In this document: positions 12,101-25,500 of the stretch, in pieces
Layout: each line of letters begins with the position of its first letter
Numbering within the stretch: the first letter of the stretch is position 1
NCBI RefSeq assembly: GCF_009914755.1
Contig: NC_060925.1
Length of the DNA: 64,000 bases
Reading direction: 5' to 3' (one strand)
From: the human T2T-CHM13v2.0 reference genome, Homo sapiens
Made by a program: the position numbers and the translations under genes
The notes under the pieces: generated by a model
Database searches by the model: none
What the model was told of the DNA's origin: nothing
What the model saw: only the letters and a program-made list of their open reading frames with translations

Positions 12101-15100
12101 ATCATCAAGATAGAAAATCAACAAAGATATTCAGGACCTGAACTCAGCACTGGATCAAATGGACCTGATAGACACCTACAGAACTCTCCACACAAAAACA
12201 ACAGAATATATATTCTTCTATCACCACATGGCACATACTCTAAAATCTATCACACAATTAGAATTAAAACACTCCTCAGCAAATGCAGAAGAACTGAAAT
12301 CATAAGAAACAGTCTCTCAGACTACAGCACAATCAAATTAGAAATCAAGACCAAGAAGTTCACTCAAAACCATACACTTACACGGAAATTAAATAACCTG
12401 CTCCTGAATAACCTTGGGTAAATAATGAAATTAAGGCAGAAATCAAGAAGTTATTTGAAACTAATGAGAACAAGGATATAACATACCAGAATCTCTAGGA
12501 CACAGAGAAGGCAGTGTTAATAGAAAAAATTGTAGCACTAAATATCCACATTAAAAAGTTAGAAAGATCCCAAGTTAACAACCTAAGATCACAACTAAAC
12601 GAAGTAGAGACCAACAGCAAACAAATACCAAACATGGCAGAAGACAAGAAATAACCAAAATCAGATCTGAACTGAATGAGACAGAGATGCAAAAAAAAAT
12701 CATTCAGAAGATAAACAAATCCAGGAGCTGTTTTTTTGAAAAAAAAAAATTAGTAAAGTAGATAGACCACTAGCTAGACTAATAAAGAACAAAAGAGAAG
12801 ATTCAAATAAATGCAATCAGAAACAACAAGGGCGTATTACCACTGACACTAGAGAAATACAAACAATGATCAGAGAATATTATGAACACCTCTATGCACA
12901 TAAACTAGAAAACCTAGAAGAAAGGGATGAATTCCTGGACACATACACCCTCCCAAGACTGAACCAGAAAGAAATTGAAATCCTGAACAGACCAATTACA
13001 AGCTCTCAAATAGAGGCAGTAATAAATAGCCCACCAACCAAAAGAAGCCCAGGACCAGATGAATTCACAGCTGAATTCTACCAGAGATACAAAGAAGAGC
13101 TGGTATGATTCCTACTGAAGCTATTCCAAAAAACTAAAGAGAAGAGACTACTCCCTAACTCACTCAAGAGGCCAGCATCATCCTGATACCAAAACACGGC
13201 AGAAATACAACAACAACAACAAAAAAGTAGGCCAATATCCTTGATGAACATCAATGCAAAAATCCTCGACAAAATACTGACAAACTAAATTCAGCAGCAC
13301 AGCAAAACGTTTATCCACCATGACAAAGTAGGCTTTACCCTTGGGATGCAAGGTTGGCTCAACATACACAAATCAATAAATATGATTCATCACATAAACA
13401 GAACTAAACACAAAAAACATATGATTATCTCAGTAGTCTCAGTAGATGCAGAAAAGGCTTTTAATAAAATTCAACATCTACCCACGTTTAAAATTCTCAA
13501 TAAACTATGTGCAGAAGGAACTTACCTCAATAATAAGAGCCATCTATCACAAACCCACAGCCAATATCATACTAAATGGGCAAAAGCTGGAAGCATTCCC
13601 CTTGAAAACCAGCATAATACAAGGATGCCCTCTCTCATCACTCCTATTCAACATAGTATTGGAAATTCTGGCCTGGGAAAACAGGCAAAAGAAAGAAAAA
13701 AAGGGCATCCAAACAGGAAGAGAGGAAGTCAAACTATCTATCCATGTTTGCAGATGACATGATCCTATACCCAGAAAACCCCAGAGTCTCAGTCCAAAAA
13801 CTTCTTAAGCTGATAAACGACTTCAGTGAGGTCTTAGGATACAAATCAATGTGCAAAAATTACTAGTATTCCTATAAAACAGTCAAGCCAAGAGCCAACT
13901 CAGGAAGGCAATTCCATTCACAATTGCCACAAAAAAGAATAAAATATCTAGGAATAAAGCTAACTAGGGAGGTGAAAGATCTCTATAATGAGAATTACAA
14001 AACACTTCTCAAAGAAATCAGAGATGACACAAACAAATGGAAAAACATTCCATGCTCATGGATAAGAAAAACCAATATTGTTAAATTGGCCATACTGCCT
14101 AAAGCAATTTACAGATTCAATGCTATTCCTATTAATCTACCATTGAGATTTTTCACAGAACTAGAAGAAACTAATTTAAAAATCATATGGAACCAAAAAA
14201 GAGCCCAAATAGCCAAGGAAATACGAACTAAAAGAACAAAGCTGGAGGCATCACATTACCTGACTTCAAACTATACTACAGGGCTGCAGTAACCAACAAA
14301 GCATGGTCCCGGCACAGAAACAGCTACATTGACCAATGAAACAGGTTAGAGAACCCAGGAGTAAGACTGCACACACACCTACAACTATCTGATCTTTGAC
14401 ACACCTGACAAAAACAAGCAATGGGGAAAAGATTCCCTATTCAATAAGCAGTGGTAGGATAACTGGCTAACCATAGGGAGAAGATTGAAACTGAACCCAT
14501 TCCTTATACTATAAAAAAAAGTTAACTCAAGATGAGTTAAAGACTTAAATATAAAACCCAAAACTATAAAAACCCTGGTATACAACCTAGGCAATACCAT
14601 TCAGGACATAGGCATAGGTAAACATTACATGACAAAGACACCAAAAGCAATTGCAACAAAAGCAAACCTTCAAAAATAGGATCTAATTAAACCAAGAGCT
14701 TCAGCACAGCAAAAGAAACTATAAACAGAATAAACAGACAACCTACAGAATGGAAGGAAATTGTTGCAAATTATACATCAGACAAAAGTCTAATATCCAG
14801 CATCTATAAGGAACTTAAACAACTTTACAAGAAAAAAATCAAACAACCCCATTAAAATGTGAGCAAAGGATATGAACAGACATGTTTCAAAAAAATACAT
14901 ACATGTGGTGAACAATCATAAGAAAAAAAGCTCAAGACCACTGGTCATTAGAGAAATGCAAATCAAAACCACAATGAGATACCATCTCACACCAGTCAGA
15001 ATGCCTATTATTAAAAAGTCAAGAATAGACACCAGTGAGGCTGTGGAGAAAAACAACGCTTATTACACTGTTAGTGAAAGCATAATTAATTCAACCATTG

Positions 15101-15691
15101 TGGAAGACAGTGTGGTAATTCCTCAAAGACCTAAACAGAAATGCCATGTAACTGAACAATCCCATTACCAGGTATATAACCAAAGGATTATACATCATTC
15201 TATTATAAAGATATATGCATGCATATGTTCATTGCAGCACTCTTCACAATAGCAAAGACATGGAATCATCCTAAATGTCCATCAGGGATAGACTGGAAAA
15301 AGAAAATGTGGTACATATACAGCAGGGAATACTATGCAGCCATAAAAAAGAACGAGATCATGTCCTTTGCAGGGACATTGTTGGAGTTGGAGGGCATTAT
15401 CCTTAGCAAACTAATGCAGGAAGAGAAAACCAAACACTGCATTTTCTCACTTATAAGTGAAAGCTAAATGATGAGAACACATGGACACATAGAGGGCAAC
15501 GACACATAGTGGGGGCTATCAGAGGGTGAGAGGAGGGAGAGGATCAGGAAAAATAACTAATGGGTACTAGGCTTCATACATGGGTGATGAAATTATCTGT
15601 ACAACAAACTCCCATGACACAAGTTTACCTATGTAACAAACCTGCACTTGTACCCCTGAACTTGTATTATGAGTTTGAAAAAGAGAGAAAA
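9113..15691 (+). mobile_element. Near full-length, dead L1PA13-16-like LINE-1 with a short inverted 5'UTR segment (about 9113-9344)
   Basis: GC-rich 5'UTR, ORF1 remnant (11404..11688 RISYSAKLSFISKGEI) and ORF2 start MTGSNPHMSILTLNANRLN. Many broken ORF2 pieces. 3'UTR GGATCAGGAAAAATAACTAATGGGTACTAGGC is typical of L1PA13-16. Candidate TSD AAAGAAATTT (9103-9112) / AAAGAAAATTT (15692-15702). Confidence 0.93.
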
Positions 15692-16859
15692 AAAGAAAAT
15701 TTTAAAATTTAGGGAAAAAAATGAGTTTATACAACCAAAACGAGGTCAAAAATACTCAAAATAATTGGCATGGTTTCCCACACCCTGGGGTAGTTGGGTG
15801 GGGGAAAGGCATGTCACTATGTTGCTGTTCATTTTTGATTATTCTAATGTCTTTTATTTCCAGTTTGGGATTTTACTCGTATGGCCATATTCTGAATTTT
15901 AAAAATTCAAAATGGTACCATTTCCGAAATCATCCATATGACTTTAAATTCTTCCTGTCCAGTTCTCCCACATACTCTCTCATATAAAAATTAGTGTTTA
16001 ATCCAACCTAATCTTCAATTTTTCAACTTGTCTATGTTATTAATAATGACTTTTACTAAGAAAAGATACAGTTTTTCATTCAGTATTCACAGGTAAGTAT
16101 TTTCCCCGTTGGGAAAATGGGAAAACTTTGGCTTCAGGAGGTAATTTAAGTTGATCAGCAATGCACTCCATGTGTCTTAGGTCTGCCTAAGTGTAAAGCT
16201 CATATTCTCAATCACCACAAAATATGCCTTCCATCTTTAGTTTCTTCCCTAGTTATCCTAGATTACACAATTAATCAGTTCACCAACATAGTCTGTAACA
16301 TCTTCAAATTTCTCTCTTGACTTTTTGAAGACCCCATTCTCCACTACTCTCAAATTCTAGATAAAACCATTTCTTTTCTCTTCTTCTGTTCTTTGCTTCT
16401 GAGACATGTTAGAGGAAATTAAGTTTCTCTGGTCAAAGGCTATATTATAAAAATATTATTTCAAAACAGAGCTTTACATGTGCAAAGCAACATAAACTTG
16501 TTTTCTTCCTCAAAACCTCAAATAGAAGCTATCAACAATTCTTAACTCAGCTTTACGGAGTTCCTGAACTTTGCTTTTGTAAGCAAAACCTATGTTTATG
16601 TTCCTATTTTTTGATAATAGGACAATAATATTGATTAGATTCTCCAAAAGTCTGTGATTCAAAAAGATTGTGCAAAATTGCCCTAAATCTTCACTATTCT
16701 TAACCTCCTTCTTAGTCTCAGAATCACATGAACTTCTTCCAAATTTAGAATTATTAATTACATCTTCCTTATAAATTAAAGCTTGTTATCATTACGAAAT
16801 GCTTATTTTTTTAACTGTAGCAATGCTTTGGGATTTGTGCTTTCTGTTGGATATAATGC

Positions 16860-17402
16860 AAGTATATCAGCTTTCTTTTGGTTAGTGTTTGCATTGTACA
16901 GCTATTTCCATCCTACTACATTTGACTTACATTTAAAGTATGTCTCTTATAAGTAGCATAGAATTGAGTTTTGAATTCTTGACAGTCTCACAATCTTTGT
17001 CTTCAACTGACATATTATAACATTGCTAAATTATCTAGGCTTAAATCTGCCACTCACTTTTTCTGTTTGTCCCATCTGTCCCCCATGCCTCCACCTTGTT
17101 TTATCTTCTTTGGGAGTTTGTATTTCATTTTTCTAATTTTCTTTTCCAATAGATTATTAGACATGCTTTTTCCATTCTTTTTAAGTTATCACAGAGATTT
17201 CAGTATGAATTTCTTATTTATTGAAGTCAAATGTAAATTAGTACTTTCCCACTTCTCAGACAATGCTTTAATAAAGTATTATCAGGCCAGGTGCAGTGGC
17301 TCATGCCTGCAATCCCAGCACTTTGGGAGGCCAAGGCAGGTGAATCACCTGTGGTCAGGAGTTTGAGACCAGCCTGGCTAACATGGTGAAACCCCATCTC
17401 TA

Positions 17403-17443
<41 letters not shown>

Positions 17444-18100
17444 TTAGCTGGCATAGTGGCATGCACCTGTAATCCCAGATACTTCGGAGACTGAGGCAGG
17501 AGAATAGCTTGAACCGGGAGGCAGAGGTTGCAGTGAGCCGAGATTGTGCCACTGCACTCCAGCCTGGGCAACAGAGCCAGACTCTGTCTCAAAGAAAAAA
17601 TAAATAAATAAATATTAAAATAATAATTTATCTTTCTTCCAAGTTGAATACTATTGTTTTCTTGCAGCTCCTCAGAAATTATTTTTAAATTTAGATTTAG
17701 TTACCTATTTACTTTTTTCAATATTGTTTAAGCCTTCCTAAATCTCTGAGCATTTATCTGGGATCATATTCTTCTGCCTGAACATTCCTTTTAGTATTTC
17801 TAAATTTCAGATCTGCTAACAACAAATTATTTGCTTTTGTTGTCTGAATATGCTTTTAATTTACATTCATTTTTGAGGTATAGTTTTATGTAGAATTTTA
17901 TTTTAACAATTCTAAGTTGACAATTGTGTTATTTTCTGCCCTTTAAATTTATCATTCAATTTTTCACTGGCTTTCATTGTTTCTATATAGAAGTCAATAA
18001 TTGGTGTTTGGAAGATAATATGTCTTCCCTTTCTCTCTCTGTCAGATTTTAGCTTTGTTTTTTGTCTTAGTTTTCAACAATTTTACCATGAAGGTGTGGT
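16860..18100 (-). mobile_element. Old L1M fragment (ORF1/ORF2-start region), interrupted by an Alu
   Basis: CAGCTTTCTTTTGGTTAGTGTTTGCA and TCTTCTGCCTGAACATTCCTTTTAGTATTTC motifs of antisense L1M. Confidence 0.7.
17285..17615 (+). mobile_element. AluS (Sx-like) with (AC)18 replacing most of the central A-rich linker
   Basis: Both arms present; AC run at 17405-17440 between CTCTACT and AAATTAGC. Confidence 0.95.
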
Positions 18101-18479
18101 TTTCCAACCTTGATAAAAGACATCAATCCATAGATTTGGGAAGTACTATGGCCCCCAAGACATGTAAATGCAAAGAATATCACTCCATCACTCCCACAGA
18201 GTATCTAGCTTATTTTCAGGAGGTTTATTCAGAAACCCTAGATCACCATTGCCAAAAGTACTGTGAACTTCCTCCAACTTTAGGCATGACATGTGTATTT
18301 CTCATTTATCCATGATTCTGATATTTATTTCTCTACTTTATCTTCTACTCAGGCTCTAATCATACTCAAATATCTCCCATACAAAAAATATTTTAAAATA
18401 CTACCTCAACTACAAACTGGTGTCTCCGCTAATTTCTCCTTTACTATAATTAACTTACACTTAAATAGTTTGATTTTGA

Positions 18480-19960
18480 AAAGAAAAATCAGTCCCCATT
18501 CCTACCATCTTCTTTTTTAACATTTCATTTATTTTTGTACTGCAGTAATATAGACTTCTTCCAACAAAACAACCCTCTTGAGGTCACCAGAGTCTTTCTT
18601 CACGATTACTGAACCAATGGCTTTATTTCAATCTATAATGAAGCAGGCTTAACTGCTTCAGTGCTACTGAACCATCTCTAATTTGTTAAGGTTATTTATC
18701 CTTGGTCTCTGTGACTCTGCTTGTTCTTATTTCTCTTATTGCCTTTCTAAATATGGTTTTTCATCTCCTTGTTTACCCATCTCTAAGAGTTTATTTATGG
18801 TTGCTTCCTCAGTTACCTTCACCTTTTATAAAATACTTCTTCTTAAGTAGCTATGTCTTCACATGTACCTTTTAAATCAATACATTTTCATCTGCTGTTT
18901 CAGTCTTTCTTCCAAGGTACGAGTCTCAAATTTCCAACTAATTCATGAAAGCTTCAGTTTTATCATTAGCTACCTCAATCTTAAAAAGTCTTAAATAGAA
19001 CATAATTTCCTCTGTTCCCTGCACCAGACTTATCATACTTATCATGCTGGAAATATCCTATATCTTATCTCACAGTATAAAACATCACATCTCCAAATTT
19101 GGACTCATCTTTGACCTCTATCTTTTTTTTTCCTCTGTCAGATCCTTTTTATTCACACTACTGAACTCTCAAAATCATATCCTAATCTCCCTTGCTACCT
19201 CGATAACCCTAATAAATTTTTGATGGTGACTTAAATTTAGTGAATGCTTATAGAGTTCTAAGCATGCTATAATCATTACCTCATTTAATCCTCACAATAA
19301 ATCAATGAAATCGATATTCTCATTCTCAATTCAGAGATAGGTAAATTAAGACTAATAGAGAGTAAGTAACATACTAACACCACGTAGTTAAAAAACTGGA
19401 GGAGCTGAGTTTTGGAAACAGAGAGTTTTGCCAGTTAGCAACTATGCACGTGCCCATGCTTTGTGATTTGCTTATAGTAACAGCTTCATGAAGATTCTCT
19501 ATCTCCACACAGTCCTAACCAATCAAACCTCCAGATTCCTACTAGAATTATCTTACTGAAGATAAATCTGATCATATCTTGCCCTTGCTTAAAACTTGTT
19601 TTGGTGGCTTTCCATTGTGCACAGAATAAAATGACAGTCTAATATCATCAAATCTTGCCCGGTTTAATTCTTTCCTTGGTTGCCACTCTCCCCCTGCCAG
19701 TGCACGCTATAATCCTCTTCACCAATCCCCTTTCTTATCTCCTAATCTGAATTTACATTTATCCTCTAATCACCTATATTTATCATCTTTCTCTGACTAC
19801 CTCCTAATTATGTATCTCTCCTCAAATTGTGATTCCTCCATGAAGCACTCCTTCCATTTCCCTTACGTTTTTCAAAATATTATTAATGCAGTATCACTAT
19901 GTATTAAGTCACTTTTGCATACATGTCTGTTAAATGTCACCTCCACTCAGTGCTACTTTA
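18480..19960 (+). mobile_element. Diverged L2 fragments with a nested antisense MIR (about 19230-19420)
   Basis: Pyrimidine-rich L2 motifs (GAGGTCACCAG, AAATCTGATCATATC...CTTAAAAC); MIR motif CATTTAATCCTCACAATAA. Confidence 0.65.
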
Positions 19961-20684
19961 AGATAACACTATTTTTTTCATTTATATATCCATCAGGAAG
20001 CATCGGATATATGCCAGTGAGAACTCAGAAAAGACTTTTTGTATACTCTGGGCCACTGAGCATTACTAGACCACACTGCAAATGCAGAATTTTATCCCAC
20101 TTAGTGAATGCGTTCTGCACCTTGTGTGTTTTCTTGCACTGGGGACCTATCTTTATACCACTTATTATGTGTTCTTGTGGAAAGTTCTGCTGTATCATGG
20201 TTGATAAAAGCTGTGCAAATAATAATGCTGAACCTGCCAAAAGGAAACAAAGAGAGAGTTTCAAGTTGGATGTTAAAATGAAACTTCTATACAAGTTGTG
20301 TTTTCTTCAAGGACATGGCTTAAAAAGAAGGATAGGATAGTAACAGCAGCATGTAAGGAGCAGTGAGGGTCTTTGATATTATGGAGCATCCTAAATATAA
20401 ATGCATCCTGAGATAATACAGGCATAATTACATAAATAGTAATCAGAGAAATAATGACTAGAGATATGCTAAGACTTCAGAATATTAGAAGAACATTTTA
20501 TAAATGACTGGCAATTCTTAATGCCAAGAATACATCTTCACAGGGACAAGACTATAATGATTCTTTAGAATTCGGTAAGAAACCATGCTTTGTTCATATT
20601 TATTTTTCAACATTTAACACAGTACCTGGAATTACATATGAGCTGAAAAAAATATTTTTTAAGTAATTTGAATTGGCTCCCTTG

Positions 20685-21410
20685 CTATGAAGGTGGATAA
20701 GATCACCTAGGGAGTAGTGAGAAGGAAAGAGGGCAGGGCAGCATAGTGGTTGAGCATGTGGTTTCTGGATTCAGACTACCTTGTTCACATCCCAGCTCTA
20801 CTGCTTACAAGCTCTGTGACTTTTCCTATATTTTCCTTCCTTTGGTATTTCCTTTTAGACATTAAATAATTTGTAGGAACAATAGTACCTATTCACAGGG
20901 TGGTTGTGACAATAGAATGACTTAATACATATAAAAGTGTTTAGAAAGGTTCCTGACACTAAATAAGCATTCATTAATTTTTTTTTTCTTCTAAGACAAC
21001 AAATACCCAAGGAAATTAGTACTTCAAGGAGAGATAAATTGATGGGTGGGGAAGGAGGAAGAGAAGCCTGCAAAAGAAACTGAGGAAAAAGTGGCTAGAG
21101 TGGTAGGAACATGTGCGTGTACACACACACGCCTATGTATACACACACACAGCAGTGTACGATCATCCGACCCAAGGAAAGGGTGTTTCCAGAAGGAATT
21201 GAATCAATAGTATTGAATGAGGCATGAAGTAAAAAAAAAGATAAGCCATGGATGATGCTTCCCTGATTTAGGGAAAAGGAGGTTTTTGTTGACCTTGAAA
21301 CAAGAAGTATAACACAAATCACAGTAGACTGAGAAATGAGAGGAGGTGGAGAAGTGGAGGTAGAGATCAATAAATAACTCTTTCAAAAACTTTGAAAGAG
21401 GAGAAGGACA
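20685..21410 (-). mobile_element. L2 (antisense) split by a MIR
   Basis: GGATAAGATCACCTAGGGAG, GTGTTTCCAGAAGGA and GTTGACCTTGA motifs of antisense L2. Confidence 0.65.
20735..20980 (+). mobile_element. MIR
   Basis: GGCAGCATAGTGGTTGAGC...CCCAGCTCTACTGCTTACAAGCTCTGTGAC tRNA-like head plus core. Confidence 0.85.
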
Positions 21411-21882
21411 ATGTAGCACCATTCTCAGTGGAGAGACATGTAAACAAATGTAAAGATGCAGTAATAAATTGTAAGTGCATAAAATTAACTACAACTTACT
21501 GTACCACTGTAATCATTTTGTAGCCACCTTCTGTTTTTACTGTGGTGAGCTCAAATGTTGTAAATATCCCCTTAAGAAGCCATCTGGGGCTAATCATCTC
21601 CACATGAGCAGTTTGTCTCCCCAAGAAATTACATATCACAGTGAAAAGTGACCACTTGAAGTTCTCACATATTTTTATCATGTTTAGTGCAATATTGTAA
21701 ACCTTGAATAACACTATGAGACCCATATGAAGTGCTGCTGGTGATACTGAAAGTGCTCCCAAGAAACAGAGATAAGGCATGACATTGTAAGAAAAAGTTA
21801 AATTCCTTGATAGGTACCATAGACTGAGGTCTGCAACTGCAGTTTGGCTGCCATTTCAAGATAAACGAATAGCATAAGAACC

Positions 21883-22580
<698 letters not shown>

Positions 22581-25500
22581 GAACCATTGTAAAAAAAAAA
22601 AAAGAAAAGAAAAGATTCAAAAAAGGGAAATTTGTGAAGGCTTTGCTGTAGCAATGCCAGCAGACACAAAACCTTGCACTATTTGCAAAGTAAATTTTTA
22701 TCTCATATTGAAAAGGCAGCCTGTATGTGGGTACAGGATTGCTGTAAGAAAGGCATACCTACAAACCCTGGACCCATACTTATAGATCCTAATATGATTT
22801 GAGAAAAAGTGAAGTCATTACATGACAACTTAAAGCAAAGGAGGGTAAAGGATCTAAACCTGGAGAAGTTTATGCCAGCAAAGGATGGTTTGATAATTTT
22901 AGAGAGACGTTTGGCTTAAAAAATATCAGGATGACAGGGAAGCAGTTTCTGCAGACCAACAGGTAGCAGATGAGTTTCCACATATCATTAAGAAAATCAT
23001 GGAGGAGAAAGTATATCTGCCTGAACAGGTTTTTATTGCAGATGAAAGTGCCATACTCTGGAGAAAGAAAATCCACAAAGGACATTTATTAGTAAGAAAG
23101 AAAAGCAAGCACCAAAATTTAAGGCAGTAAGGAATAGGCTAACTCTATTGTTTTATGTAAATGCAGTTGGGTTTATGATCAGGACTGCACTTATCTATAA
23201 AGCTGCTAACCCCTGAGTCTTGAAGGGAGAAGATAAATACCAGTTACCAGTCTTTTGGTTGCACAACGAGGCCAGGACAAGAGCCCTTTTTATGGATTGG
23301 TTTCATAAATGGTTTCTCCCTGAACTCAGGAAGTTCTTTGCCAGTATCTTTCAAAGTTTGTTTTGTAAGTGGATTTTCAACTATGCAGGGACCTGCACTT
23401 CTAACCTCCACACTGTTAAATGGTCAACTATGTATATTAGAACATATCATTCAAAACTATATGTAACAAACACCTAGTATGGCACTGTTGTGTATGCAGT
23501 CAGTAGAGGGTGCCATGATAGTTCTGCTATATAATGGAATTTCTAACCTAGAAGAGAGTGTAGAAAATCTTGGTATATAGCAAATATGTTTTAATAACTT
23601 TAATGCAAAGTAGCAAGTAACAAATGCACAGTAAATGCTATTGAGTTTAGAGAGAGAAAGAACTAGTGTAGTCAGAGAAGACTTCTTAGGAGAAGTGATT
23701 TTTTACTTGAACTTCATGAATACCTAGGATTTGGAAATACAGGTGGTTTGTTTGTTTCATTCCAGGTGAAAAAGAAAAGCTTCATAGAACGCAAGAGATA
23801 GAAAGAGCTATAGAAGAAAATTGAAAAATTCTCAGAACATATATTTTCATATTTCTCAACATTTCCATAAAAGAGCATTTCAAGTGGGAGACACTTGCAC
23901 ATAAAAGAACTGCACTAAATGAGAATAATCTAGGCCAATGGTCAAAGTGAGGAGAGTGAGGATTACTCTCACACTTGTTTTACTCTCCTTTTTCACAGCT
24001 TTAGAAAGCAGTAGAAACCATAAGAAACAACATCCTAAGAAAACCATGGGCCCCCAAGGGTAAGAAAGACTCTATCAGAGACTTCAAAATTCATGGCAAC
24101 AGAAACTCTAGGGATTAACATTGATAGTAATAGTAAATGTTAATATCAAAAATATTAATGTTATTTAAATATCAGCACTGATAGCATTAGTGCTAATACT
24201 ATTCATAATGGCAGAATTGAGCATCAGTATCATTAATCATCATAATAGCTTAAAGCCTCACCGGGAAACGGCCATATCTTATCTTTCAAGGTTGTGCAGC
24301 TAGAGCCTGTACAGAGGGTATGCCATTGGGGAGGTGAGGGCAGCTAGCAAGCCAGATATATTGTACAATAGAACAAGTCTAGACTAGACAGTATCTCAAA
24401 GACATTTCAAGTTCTTTGTGTATCAGAAAGCTCACTATATGGAAGCCCTTCTCAATGCAACTTGTATGAACCAATTGAAGTGATGAAGGTAGAGGGGGCA
24501 GTGAATCCAAGGAATATATTCATAAGACTATTTAATAGCAAAAATTATAAATTATCCCCCTGTCTGCTTATCCCTCTTTCTAGGTATGCTCAGTAATGGA
24601 AAGTACTAGTGCTCCTTACAACCTAGATCCAGAACACATCTAATTCTTTAGCCATGAATGAAGCAACCAATACATGTAGAAAGTTAAGGGGAATGTTTAA
24701 GCTGCTTTTCTTTTCTTGAATTAATTCATAAATGTCTGTTGGGATATTCAGAAAAATTAGAAACTGTAAGCTTGCCTGGTTTTGCAGAGCTATAAGCTTT
24801 GGAGTAGAGCCCACTGCTGTGTTCAGGTTTCATTAGAAGCCAGATTCAGGGTGAGTCTTGACAGTTGATCCATCATAAAACTTACTCCCACCTCCCTCTG
24901 TGCAAGTCTTGCTGGAGAAAAGCTTAAATAAGAAGGAAGCGAGAAAATGGGGGTGAGCAGAGGGTAGAGGTTGTGGGGTAGCTAGCACAGCTGTGGGTCA
25001 TTAACAATAATCACTGCCCGCCAGCATGAAAGGAAGCAGAGCATGAGTACCCCCTTTTCTTCCCTTTCCCTGTAAGAAGCCATCTGGACAAGGCAGTTTG
25101 GAATAACCATTAGTAAGGGAATCTGATTCTGTTTGACTTTATTTAAAGTCCCCTTGTAGACCATGCCATTGCTTTGGCTTTGAAATCTGGAACTGAGAAG
25201 CCCCAAAATAAAAGCACACCTCTCAGTTTGCAGCACCACGTTGTTGACCTAAATGAAAGTTCGCAGCAGAAAGGGAGGTTATTCCCCTCACTGGAAGACG
25301 GAGGGAGTGTGACGCACTGCAGAGGCCAGGGGCTCTGTGTTGCATTGCATTCTGATTTGGGTCGACAGGCCAGCACTATCTCTGCTGTCTGGTAGAAATG
25401 TTAATGTGCTTATAATCACCACTTTACTTAAAAACCCAGCTCTAATATTTATTTAGAAATAAAATAATTTGAAGGAAATAGTTTCAAGAAAAAAGAAAAA

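Noticed and set aside
17227-17592. Alu-derived ORFs (also 21917..22348 and 56990..57340)
   Set aside because: These are typical antisense Alu translations (LECSG..SAHCNL).
19810-20340. 176-aa ORF as a protein-coding gene
   Set aside because: It starts within L2-derived sequence, has the composition of translated non-coding DNA, and shows no homology beyond a short transposase-like motif.
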